30,760 bases of DNA from a virus. Its lineage: Duplodnaviria; Caudoviricetes. The stretch covers positions 1 through 30,760 of the IMG/VR virus record IMGVR_UViG_3300037311_000093. One strand, 5' to 3'. The notes below the pieces were generated by a model. That model searched no databases and was not told where the DNA came from. It saw only the letters and a list, made by a program, of their open reading frames with translations. Numbering within the stretch: the stretch's first letter is position 1; each line of letters starts with the position of its first letter. The translations under genes were made by a program, and so were the position numbers. Below are positions 1 to 7,531 of the stretch, in pieces.

Positions 1-192
1 GGGAAGCGACACGGGAAGCGACACGGGAAGCGACACGGGAAGCGACACAGCCCCGGGAAGCGACACGGGAAGCGACACGGGAAGCGACACGGGAAGCGAC
101 ACAGCCCCGGGAAGCGACACGGGAAGCGACACGGGAAGCGACACAGCCCCGGGAAGCGACACGGGAAGCGACACGGGAAGCGACACAGCCCC
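1..192 (+). repeat. Tandem array of 14 x GGGAAGCGACAC in blocks of 4,4,3,3, each block followed by AGCCCC
   Basis: Read directly. In the primase frame it encodes EATR/EATQPR repeats. May continue left of the window. Confidence 0.97.
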
Positions 193-2066
193 GGGGCGCC
201 CCCCCAGCCCCCACGCCGCCCCCGGTCTCTCTGTCCGCGTGCGAGGACGACGGCGGGGGCGCTGCAATCGACCCACTTCCCGGCTTGCTGGCTGACGCCA
301 ACAAGGCGGACTTCTCACCCCGCGCCCTCGAGACGACGCTCGCCGGGTTTTACCCGCGGCTGGCGGAGCTCAACGAGGCATCGTTCGTAACAGCCGCTCG
401 TGCGCTACACACTGCCGGGTCAGGGTTGACCGTGGCGGAGCTGCGCAGAGCCATGAAGGAGCAAGTACAAATGAGCAACGAAACCAAGGCCAAGTGGATG
501 GGTACGACCGTTGGAGAAAACGACGTGAAGCTGGTGCCAGAGGACTTCCGGCAGGTGGGTAGAGCCCGCGTCGGGCTGGGTCCGGTGGCGATACAACCGG
601 CGCGGGAGCCGCTGTCGGCGGAGCTGTGGTTGACCGACGTGGGCAACGCGCGGCGGCTCTGGGAGCTAGCAGGCCAAGACATCCGCTGGGTGCGCGACAT
701 GGGCGCCTGGGCCATCTACGACGGGCGCCGCTGGGTGCTGCAGAAGGACGAGCCCACCCACATCGCCAAGCAGGTGTCGGAGTCGCTTCACCACGTCCTG
801 GAGTCCATCCGCAAGGTGGGCAACGTATCCACGGGAACGCTCACCAAAGAAATCGCGGACTTCGCCAAGCGCTCGGCGTCGAGCAGCTCCATCAGCGACA
901 TGATCAACCTCTTCAAGTCGGAGCCGGGTATCGCCAAGAACGCCTCCGACTTCGACGCCAACGTCTTCCTTCTGAACGCGGAGAACGGCGCCTTCGACCT
1001 GCGCACGGGCGAGGCGCACCCGCACCGGCGCGAGGACCTCTGCACCAAGCTCGCCCCGCGGGTGGACACCACCGGCACCTGCCCCACCTGGGAGGCGTGG
1101 CTGGACGACGTGTTCGACGGGGGTGAGAGCATGCGCTTCTTCCTCCAGGAGGCGCTGGGCTACTCGATCACGGGCTGCACCGAAGAGCAGTGCCTCTTCT
1201 TCGTGCCGGGCCCTGGCAGCAACGGCAAATCGACGCTCTTCCGCGTGCTCCAGGCCGCCCTGGGCGACTACGCCGGGCAAACCCCTCGCACCCTGCTCAT
1301 GGCGGACGAGCGAGGCGGCCAGCGCCACCCGACGGAGCTGACGACCGTGAAGGGCGTGCGGTTCGCCTACAGCTCCGAGACCCCCGAAGAGGGCCACCTC
1401 GACGAGACGAAGATGAAGGCCTTGACCGGCGGGGACCCGGTGACAGCGCGCTACGTGAACAACAACTTTTTCACATTCACACCAACGCACAAGTTCTGGC
1501 TCGGCACTAACCACCTACCCCGAATCCACGGCACGGAACATGCCATTTGGCGGCGCATTCGTGTCCTGCCGATGCCCAACAAATACTGGCGCGAGGACGA
1601 CCCCCAACGCCCAGAGGATGGCCTTCTCATCGACGTGACGATGGAGCCTCGCCTCATGGCTGAGCTGCCGGCCATCCTGGGCTGGATCGTGCGCGGCGCT
1701 GCCATCTGGCACAGCCGCAGGTCGCAGGGGCTCTCCACACTGCAGAGCCCGCGGGAGGTCAACGCGGCCACGCGCACCTACCGGCTCGAGCAAGATCGCA
1801 TCGAGCAGTGGCTCGACGAGTGCTGCATGGTGGGGGACGGCTATCGCGACCAGTCGGCGAAGCTCTATGCGGCCTATGCCGAGTGGTGCCAAGGCATCGG
1901 TGAGCGCGCAGAGGGCTTTCGAGTGTTCGGGCGACGCCTGACCACCGCGGGCTTCGAGCATGCGAAGGTCAGCGGCGGCGTCCACGCCCGGACCGGACTC
2001 CGAATCGCGGTACCTCAGGAGCGAAACGCAGGACTGACCGGTCGTCGCCACCTCAAGAGCGTCTAG
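3..2066 (+). CDS. Phage/plasmid P4-family primase-helicase (D5-like SF3 helicase), 5'-partial
   Basis: D5_N-like segment (TDVGNARRL...WAIYDGRRW; LLNAENGAFDLRTG), Walker A GPGSNGKST, MKALTGGDPVTAR, TNHLPRI, AIWRRI, C-terminal winged-helix-like region. The frame is open from position 3, so the TTG at 285 is probably not the true start. Confidence 0.93.
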   Translation, partial: EATREATREATREATQPREATREATREATREATQPREATREATREATQPREATREATREATQPRGAPPAPTPPPVSLSACEDDGGGAAIDPLPGLLADANKADFSPRALETTLAGFYPRLAELNEASFVTAARALHTAGSGLTVAELRRAMKEQVQMSNETKAKWMGTTVGENDVKLVPEDFRQVGRARVGLGPVAIQPAREPLSAELWLTDVGNARRLWELAGQDIRWVRDMGAWAIYDGRRWVLQKDEPTHIAKQVSESLHHVLESIRKVGNVSTGTLTKEIADFAKRSASSSSISDMINLFKSEPGIAKNASDFDANVFLLNAENGAFDLRTGEAHPHRREDLCTKLAPRVDTTGTCPTWEAWLDDVFDGGESMRFFLQEALGYSITGCTEEQCLFFVPGPGSNGKSTLFRVLQAALGDYAGQTPRTLLMADERGGQRHPTELTTVKGVRFAYSSETPEEGHLDETKMKALTGGDPVTARYVNNNFFTFTPTHKFWLGTNHLPRIHGTEHAIWRRIRVLPMPNKYWREDDPQRPEDGLLIDVTMEPRLMAELPAILGWIVRGAAIWHSRRSQGLSTLQSPREVNAATRTYRLEQDRIEQWLDECCMVGDGYRDQSAKLYAAYAEWCQGIGERAEGFRVFGRRLTTAGFEHAKVSGGVHARTGLRIAVPQERNAGLTGRRHLKSV

Positions 2067-2069
2067 GGT

Positions 2070-2346
2070 GTGCCCTAATGGGCCCTAGAAAAACGCTATG
2101 GCACTCCGTAAGTCTCTGAAACAACTAACAAAGTGCCCTAAGTGCCCTAAAAGCCCTCGTTTCCGTACACGTCATGGAAAAAAATTTCGGAACCGGAACC
2201 GGACGAGGGGCGGCTCCAAAATTTTTCTCATGTAGGACAAGAGCAAACGCAAGATTTAGGGCACTTAGGGCACTTTGGTAGCGATATCAAGGAGTTGCGA
2301 GATGCAGCAGGGCACATCTAGGGCACCGCTAGGGCACTTAGGGCAC
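2070..2346. promoter_or_regulatory. Putative replication origin: inverted GTGCCCTAA/TTAGGGCAC iterons flanking an AT-rich core
   Basis: GTGCCCTAA at 2070, 2133, 2142; (T/C)TAGGGCAC at 2256, 2265, 2318, 2329, 2338; perfect 22-bp inverted repeat 2130-2151 / 2255-2276; A/T tracts between; directly downstream of the helicase gene. Confidence 0.8.
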
Positions 2347-2529
2347 TTGGCCCCCTGGGACCGCGCTCGGGACTGGCTTCGGGAGTGCGACCGGGCTGGA
2401 GTGGTGGTCACTGTGCTCGGGTCTGGGCTGCGCACGGCACTGCCCTATCCGCTTCCGAGCCCCGAGGTAGCGGAGTGGGTGGTGCGGACACTGGAGGCGG
2501 ACGGCGATGGAGGGCAGAAGCATGTTTGA
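2302..2529 (+). CDS. Small hypothetical protein
   Basis: AAGGAG at 2289-2294 before ATG 2302; stop overlaps the next start; 5' part overlaps the iterons. Confidence 0.45.
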   Translation: MQQGTSRAPLGHLGHLAPWDRARDWLRECDRAGVVVTVLGSGLRTALPYPLPSPEVAEWVVRTLEADGDGGQKHV

Positions 2530-3154
2530 CTACAGCTTGAGCGACGTGACGTGTTTCGATGCGGTAGAGACTGACTTCGATGTCTGCGAGCGCATGGGCG
2601 AGCGTGACCGCAAGTCGGGCAGGCCATCGCCTCGGGAGTGCATCTACGGTTTCAATTTTGTCGTGCCCGGTGACGAGAAGGAGCATCGAAAGGTCCATGA
2701 TGCCCACGAGCGCTTCTTTGCAACCCACGGCTGGTCACCGTGCGACAACTACCCTGAGTTCAGGTGGGCCGCCTTGGCGGCGACAAAGGAGGACTCGCAG
2801 AAGTACAAGCCGTTGGCTGCGATCTTCCTCGCGGCTTCAAACTACTACCAACAGCGCCACGTGAGGCGTCAGCTTGGCCGCGGGGCGGTGGAGCCGTTCC
2901 TCCTGCACATGCGCAACAACTGGCGCTGGAGGCAGGTCGTGGACACCCGCTGGTTCACGCAACCCGAGGAGAAGATTCGGCACGTTGAACAGCTCCTCGA
3001 GCGGGCGAAGGTGGCAAAGCAGGACCGGGAGATGATCGCGCCACCGATTCGGTGGCATGAGGCGGAGCTTCTGGTGGCGCGCCTCGAGGCGCTCCCGCCC
3101 GTGAAGTACCCGGTGCCCGCTGGACCGCGCAGGGCCCCGGCGGAACGCCGCTGA
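2522..3154 (+). CDS. Hypothetical protein
   Basis: 210-aa ORF with protein-like composition and a purine-rich stretch upstream; family not recognised. Confidence 0.65.
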   Translation: MFDYSLSDVTCFDAVETDFDVCERMGERDRKSGRPSPRECIYGFNFVVPGDEKEHRKVHDAHERFFATHGWSPCDNYPEFRWAALAATKEDSQKYKPLAAIFLAASNYYQQRHVRRQLGRGAVEPFLLHMRNNWRWRQVVDTRWFTQPEEKIRHVEQLLERAKVAKQDREMIAPPIRWHEAELLVARLEALPPVKYPVPAGPRRAPAERR

Positions 3155-3167
3155 GTTCTGGCTCGTA

Positions 3168-3644
3168 CTACCGCTGTCCTCCCCCTGGCTCGAAGCTACC
3201 CGTCAGCATGAAGCGGATGTCCTCCGCCATGCTGTGCTCGTCGAGGCTGATGCGGCGCTTCGATGCGCCTATCTCATCGACGGTGTAGAGAAAGTCCTCC
3301 TGGAAGTCCTCGCTGGCGGCCCTCAAGGGGGTAACCCACTGGTCGAGCTGGTACTCGTCGAGAGCTCTCTGGGCCTTCACCAGCTCCTCTGCGTCCGACT
3401 GCTTCATGCCATGGCGGACGAGGAAGTCCTGTATCGTCTGCCTCTCCGCTGCCTGCATCCGCCCATCAGCTCGCGCTAGCAGTACCAGCGCCTTGGTGGC
3501 GGGCTCCCAGTGCCGCCTGTTGTTGGACTTCTTGCGGGCGGCGCCGGGCTGGGAACCCATTGCCCTCGTGAACAGGGACTTCAGAAAGCGGTAGATAAAG
3601 TAGAAGAACAGGCCCAGGACAAAGAGCTTGAGCAATGCCTCCAT
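3168..3644 (-). CDS. Membrane-anchored TerB-like (DjlA N-terminal-type) protein
   Basis: AAGGAGGG RBS before ATG 3644; N-terminal TM helix LLKLFVLGLFFYFIY; TerB-type motif LVLLARADGRMQAAER and a degenerate second repeat ASKRRISLDE. Confidence 0.75.
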   Translation of the reverse strand: MEALLKLFVLGLFFYFIYRFLKSLFTRAMGSQPGAARKKSNNRRHWEPATKALVLLARADGRMQAAERQTIQDFLVRHGMKQSDAEELVKAQRALDEYQLDQWVTPLRAASEDFQEDFLYTVDEIGASKRRISLDEHSMAEDIRFMLTGSFEPGGGQR

Positions 3645-3743
3645 ACGCACCCTCCTTGCGCAGAAAGGCACACGCTGAAGGCACGCAAACAACCGCGCAA
3701 TCCGAACACCCGTGCAGCCCTGAACGCCTGTGCATGTGCGATG

Positions 3744-3772
3744 TTTCACCACCTGTTGCACTCTGCTACACT
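3744..3772 (+). promoter_or_regulatory. Possible sigma70 extended -10 promoter for the HTH regulator
   Basis: TTTCAC-17 bp-TACACT with TGn immediately before the -10, about 20 bp upstream of the start. Confidence 0.4.
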
Positions 3773-3791
3773 GCCCGTGCCTGCCAAGGAG

Positions 3792-4397
3792 ATGCCTGTG
3801 TCACTAGCAGCCAGGGTCGAGCAGCTCGAGCAAGAGGTGGCCTCGCTAAAGGCCGCACTCGCCGCAGTCCCCGCCCCGCCGCGGGCCACGCCCCCCAAGA
3901 TGCACTCCGATGCAGAGCTCCGTCACCAGGTGGCGGCGCTCATCGAAGACTGGAAGAGCTACTCGGAGATCGCCGCGGCGACGGGGCGCAGCCGGAACAT
4001 GATCCGCTCGCTTTGCCACGGCGCAGGTGCGCGCCCTCGCGAGGAGGACCAGCCGCGGGGTGGGTGGCCTCGGCCGCACATTGGCACGCTGGTGGACCCT
4101 CGGGCGCCGCGCGCATCGGCTACAGTGACGTGCCCGGGGTGTGGCATATCTCTACACCGAAGCCGCGGGGCCCCCCTCCATGTGCAGGCTTGCCCCTCAT
4201 CGGGTGAGCTGTGGGTCGAGCTCGCCATCGAAAACGGGTGGAACATGCAGGAGATCGCCTCCATCTGCGGTAGGTCCACCGAGCGGGTGCAGGCCATTGC
4301 GGACGGGGCGCCGATGAGCGCGAGGGAGCGCAAGGAGCTCCTGGCGCTGGCCACGTCGCTGCGCGGTGACGTTGGCGGGCGCAAGGCTTCGGAATGA
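3792..4397 (+). CDS. Putative transcriptional regulator with two HTH motifs and a possible Zn ribbon
   Basis: AAGGAG RBS (start ATG 3792 or GTG 3798); N-terminal coiled coil; SYSEIAAATGRSRNMIRSL and NMQEIASICGRSTERVQAI; CPGC...H...C between them. Confidence 0.75.
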   Translation: MPVSLAARVEQLEQEVASLKAALAAVPAPPRATPPKMHSDAELRHQVAALIEDWKSYSEIAAATGRSRNMIRSLCHGAGARPREEDQPRGGWPRPHIGTLVDPRAPRASATVTCPGCGISLHRSRGAPLHVQACPSSGELWVELAIENGWNMQEIASICGRSTERVQAIADGAPMSARERKELLALATSLRGDVGGRKASE

Positions 4398-4494
4398 TTG
4401 AACACTCGCGTACTGGCGGAGTACGAGCGATGTACGCGCGAGGTACCAGCAGTGCGCGGTGGACCCCACCCCTCCCCCACCCCCGGGGGTCTTT

Positions 4495-4535
4495 GGGTCC
4501 TTCCTGGGGTACCCCCCTTGCGGGTGCCGCGAGAT
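4495..4535 (+). other. Putative lambda-like cos region (cosQ-like GGGTCCT followed by a GC-rich cosN candidate)
   Basis: GGGTCCT at 4495-4501 matches the lambda cosQ heptamer; GCGGGTGCCGCG about 20 bp downstream; directly upstream of a lambda-type terminase. Confidence 0.6.
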
Positions 4536-4589
4536 GTCGGCTTAGCCCATGGCTGAACGCTTTTTCAGTGGTTGCGGAGTAGCGAAGCT

Positions 4590-7334
4590 GTGAAATGCGT
4601 GACACTCACCGAACTCGCAAAGGGTCTCGGGCTGTCGCGCCAGCTACTCTCCAAGTTCAAAGCTCAGGGAAGGTGGACTCCTACACCACCGGACGGCCCG
4701 TGGGACGTGGCCGAGGTCCGGCGCCAGCTCGACGCCATACGCCAGCCAGCCCAAGCCAAGAAGCCCACCGACTCCCCAGAGCCGGGCCCGGTGCTTTACC
4801 GCGAGCGCCGCGCCCAGGTCCTCGCCCTTCGCGCCAAGGTGGAGGCCCTCGCCGGCGACCTGGTCACCGCGGGCCAGGCCAGCGCCGCGTGGCTGGCGGT
4901 CCGAGATACCCTCCGGGTCCAGGTCCGGCGCGCCCTCCGCCCCTTGTCCCCCCAGCTCGCCATCGAGTCGGAGCCGACCGCCATCCGCAACGCGCTGCTC
5001 GCCGCGGTGGACACCGCGCTCCAAGGCGCCGCCCCGCGGAAGGTCACCCCCTCGCCGCCGCTGGACCTGGGCCCGTCGCCCGAGCTCGAGCCCGAGCGAC
5101 CGATGGAGGCCTGGCGGGAGCTGTCGCTGGTGCTCGCCACCCTCCGCACCCTCCGCACGGAGCTGCGGCTCGAGGCCTCGCAGGGGGAGCGGCTGTGGCG
5201 GTGGGAGGTGGAGAGGCGGGCCGCCGATGCGGCGACTCAGGCGCGCGAGCGGCTCCGCGGGATGGTGACCGGACTCGCGGAGGGGCTCTCGGCCGCGAGC
5301 TCGCCGGAGGCCGTGGAGGAGCGCATCCGGCGGGAGACCACGCTCGCGCTCGAGCCGCTCGACCGCTGCCCGTGGAGCGCGGGCAAGGAAGCCCCTGATG
5401 CGGGTGTCATCCGCGCGATGGTCGAAGGCCTGCGCCCGCCCCCGCGGCTGTACGTGGACGAGTGGGCGGACCGGTACCGGCAGCTCACCTCCACCTCCGC
5501 CGGCCAGCCGGGGCAGTGGCGCACCGCCCGAGCCCCCTACCTCCGCGAGCCTATGCGGCGGCTTTCGGCCTACGACCCGGCGCGCACCGTCGTGGTGATG
5601 AAGGGCTCTCAGCTTGGCTTCACGGAGGTCATCCTCAACTGGATCGGGTGCCTCATTCACCTCGACCCCATGCCCGTGATGGTGGTCACCCCCTCACTGC
5701 CGGTGGCGTTGAAGTGGTCCAAGCAAAGGCTCGCCCCGATGGTGGCCGCCACCCCCGAGCTCGCCCAGCGGGTGGCCAAGCCCCGCGGGAAGGAGGAGAC
5801 CTCGAGCCTGCTCGAGAAGCAGTTCCCCGGCGGGATGCTCTTCATGGTGGGGGCCAATTCCGCGAGCTCGCTCCGCTCCATGCCCATCGCCTACATCGCC
5901 TTTGACGAGGTGGACGGGTACGTCTCCGACGTGGAGGACGAGGGCAGTCCGGTAGACCTCGCGCTCCGCCGGCAGACCAGCTTCTCGAGGCGCAAGACCC
6001 TGATGGTCTCGACGCCCAAGACGAAGGGCGAGTCTCGAATCGAGGCCGAGTACCTCGCCTCCGACCAGCGCCGCTACTTCGTGCCCTGCCTTGCCTGCGG
6101 GGCAGAGCAGCTCATCACCTGGCAGGGCATCCGATGGCAGGGCGACGACTACCGCACGGCCCGCTGGCACTGCGCGGAGTGTGACCACCCCCACCGCAAC
6201 AGCGACAAGGAGCAGCTCCTCGAGCGCGGCGAGTGGCGGCCCACCGCCCCAGGCGACGGGGAGACCGTGGGCTATCACCTCTCGGGGCTGTACGCTCCGC
6301 ACGGGTGGGACTCGTGGGAGAACTGCGTAAAGCTCTGGCTCAAGGCCCAGGGCGATCCGGTGCTCCTCAAGAGCTTCGTGAACACGGTGCTCGGCGAGAC
6401 CTGGGAGGATGCGGCTGGCCAGCGCATCGACCCCACCGGCCTGCAGAAGAGAGCCGAGGACTGGGGCGCCGGATGCCCGCCGGGTGTGGTGACCATCACC
6501 GCAGGTGTGGACGTACAGCACGACCGCCTGGAGTTCGAGATCGTCGGCTGGGGCGTCGGGGAGGAGTCCTGGTCGCTGGCGTACGGTGTCCTCGAGGGCG
6601 ATCCCACATCGCCTGAGGTGTGGGCCGATCTCGAGGACGCGCTGCGGTCACCCTGGCCCCATCCTCGAGTACCGGGTGGGATGCGCGTGGCGGCGGCCTG
6701 CATCGACTCGGGCCATGCCACCCAGCACGTCTACAATTTCACGGAGCGCCACCAGAGCCGAAAGTGGTGGGCTGTGAAGGGCAGCGCCGGAGAGGGCAAG
6801 GCCATCTTCCCGCGGAAGAAGGTCAACGCCGGCAGGTCGCGCACTTCCGGCGTGCACATGGTGGGCGTGGACCAGGCGAAGTGGGTGGTGGCGAACCGGC
6901 TGCGCATCGGCGCCCCGGGTCCTGGCTATTGCCACTTCCCCACCAGCCGGGCCGCCGACTGGTACCAGCAGCTCACCTCCGAAGTCCGCGTCACCCGGTT
7001 CCGTCGCGGCAAGCGGCGCACCTCGTGGGAGCTACCATCGGGCAGAAGAAACGAAGCCCTCGACTGCAGGGTCTACGCCTACGCCGCGCTGCACGGCTGG
7101 TACCTTTCGAGCCGGACCCTCGAGCGCGAGGCCTCAGCCATTGCCAACCGCGAGGCGGCCGACCGTGATACCTGGGCCGCCGGCGTGGGCGAGCGGTCCG
7201 GGCGCCTGCGCGAGGCACTGACCCCGAGTCCATCCGTAGCTCCGAGCCCCCCGCCGCAGCCAGAGTCACGCCAGCCCAAGCAGCGCGCCCCCTCCTACTG
7301 GAAGCGCGCCAGTGGCTCCTGGTGGGACCGATGA
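4590..7334 (+). CDS. Terminase: gpNu1-like small subunit fused in frame to lambda gpA-family large subunit
   Basis: N-terminal HTH (TLTELAKGLGLSRQLLSK) and two Nu1-like helical segments, then gpA motifs EWADRYR, PYLREPM, MKGSQLGFTE, FDEVDGY, VSTP, SDQRRYFVPC, GVDVQHDR, IDSG, RNEALDC. Start uncertain (4572/4590/4599). Confidence 0.95.
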   Translation: MKCVTLTELAKGLGLSRQLLSKFKAQGRWTPTPPDGPWDVAEVRRQLDAIRQPAQAKKPTDSPEPGPVLYRERRAQVLALRAKVEALAGDLVTAGQASAAWLAVRDTLRVQVRRALRPLSPQLAIESEPTAIRNALLAAVDTALQGAAPRKVTPSPPLDLGPSPELEPERPMEAWRELSLVLATLRTLRTELRLEASQGERLWRWEVERRAADAATQARERLRGMVTGLAEGLSAASSPEAVEERIRRETTLALEPLDRCPWSAGKEAPDAGVIRAMVEGLRPPPRLYVDEWADRYRQLTSTSAGQPGQWRTARAPYLREPMRRLSAYDPARTVVVMKGSQLGFTEVILNWIGCLIHLDPMPVMVVTPSLPVALKWSKQRLAPMVAATPELAQRVAKPRGKEETSSLLEKQFPGGMLFMVGANSASSLRSMPIAYIAFDEVDGYVSDVEDEGSPVDLALRRQTSFSRRKTLMVSTPKTKGESRIEAEYLASDQRRYFVPCLACGAEQLITWQGIRWQGDDYRTARWHCAECDHPHRNSDKEQLLERGEWRPTAPGDGETVGYHLSGLYAPHGWDSWENCVKLWLKAQGDPVLLKSFVNTVLGETWEDAAGQRIDPTGLQKRAEDWGAGCPPGVVTITAGVDVQHDRLEFEIVGWGVGEESWSLAYGVLEGDPTSPEVWADLEDALRSPWPHPRVPGGMRVAAACIDSGHATQHVYNFTERHQSRKWWAVKGSAGEGKAIFPRKKVNAGRSRTSGVHMVGVDQAKWVVANRLRIGAPGPGYCHFPTSRAADWYQQLTSEVRVTRFRRGKRRTSWELPSGRRNEALDCRVYAYAALHGWYLSSRTLEREASAIANREAADRDTWAAGVGERSGRLREALTPSPSVAPSPPPQPESRQPKQRAPSYWKRASGSWWDR
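7225..7250 (+). repeat. Dispersed motif, copy 1 (CGAGTCCATCCGTAGCTCCGAGCCCC)
   Basis: Identical to 8990-9015. Confidence 0.95.
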
Positions 7335-7531
7335 GCTGGACTCAGACCGACATTGACAGGCTCAAGGCAGCGATTGCGAGCGGCGCGCGGCGCGTCAAGA
7401 TCGGCGACGAAGAGACGGAGTTCCGCGACCTCGACGAGATGCAGCGCACGTTGAGCCAGATGAGCCAGTCCGTGCACGGCCACGCCTCGCGCCCGAGCGC
7501 GTACTTCGCCCGCTTCGGGACGGGCAAGTGA
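7331..7531 (+). CDS. gpW-like head completion protein
   Basis: MSWTQTDIDRLKAAIASGARRV...EFRDLDEM; sits between terminase and portal with an ATGA overlap. Confidence 0.9.
   Translation: MSWTQTDIDRLKAAIASGARRVKIGDEETEFRDLDEMQRTLSQMSQSVHGHASRPSAYFARFGTGK

Noticed and set aside
1-192. CRISPR array
   Set aside because: 12-bp units with no unique spacers and no cas genes; lies in frame within a CDS.
4394-4582. 62-aa ORF as the missing small terminase or an HNH nuclease
   Set aside because: No HTH or HNH motif; it spans the putative cos site; small-terminase features are in the fused ORF.
4595-5400. Alternative-frame ORF ending in TGATG near the small/large terminase junction
   Set aside because: Arg/Pro/Gly-rich translation typical of an off-frame read, and the ATG at 5398 is not in the gpA frame.
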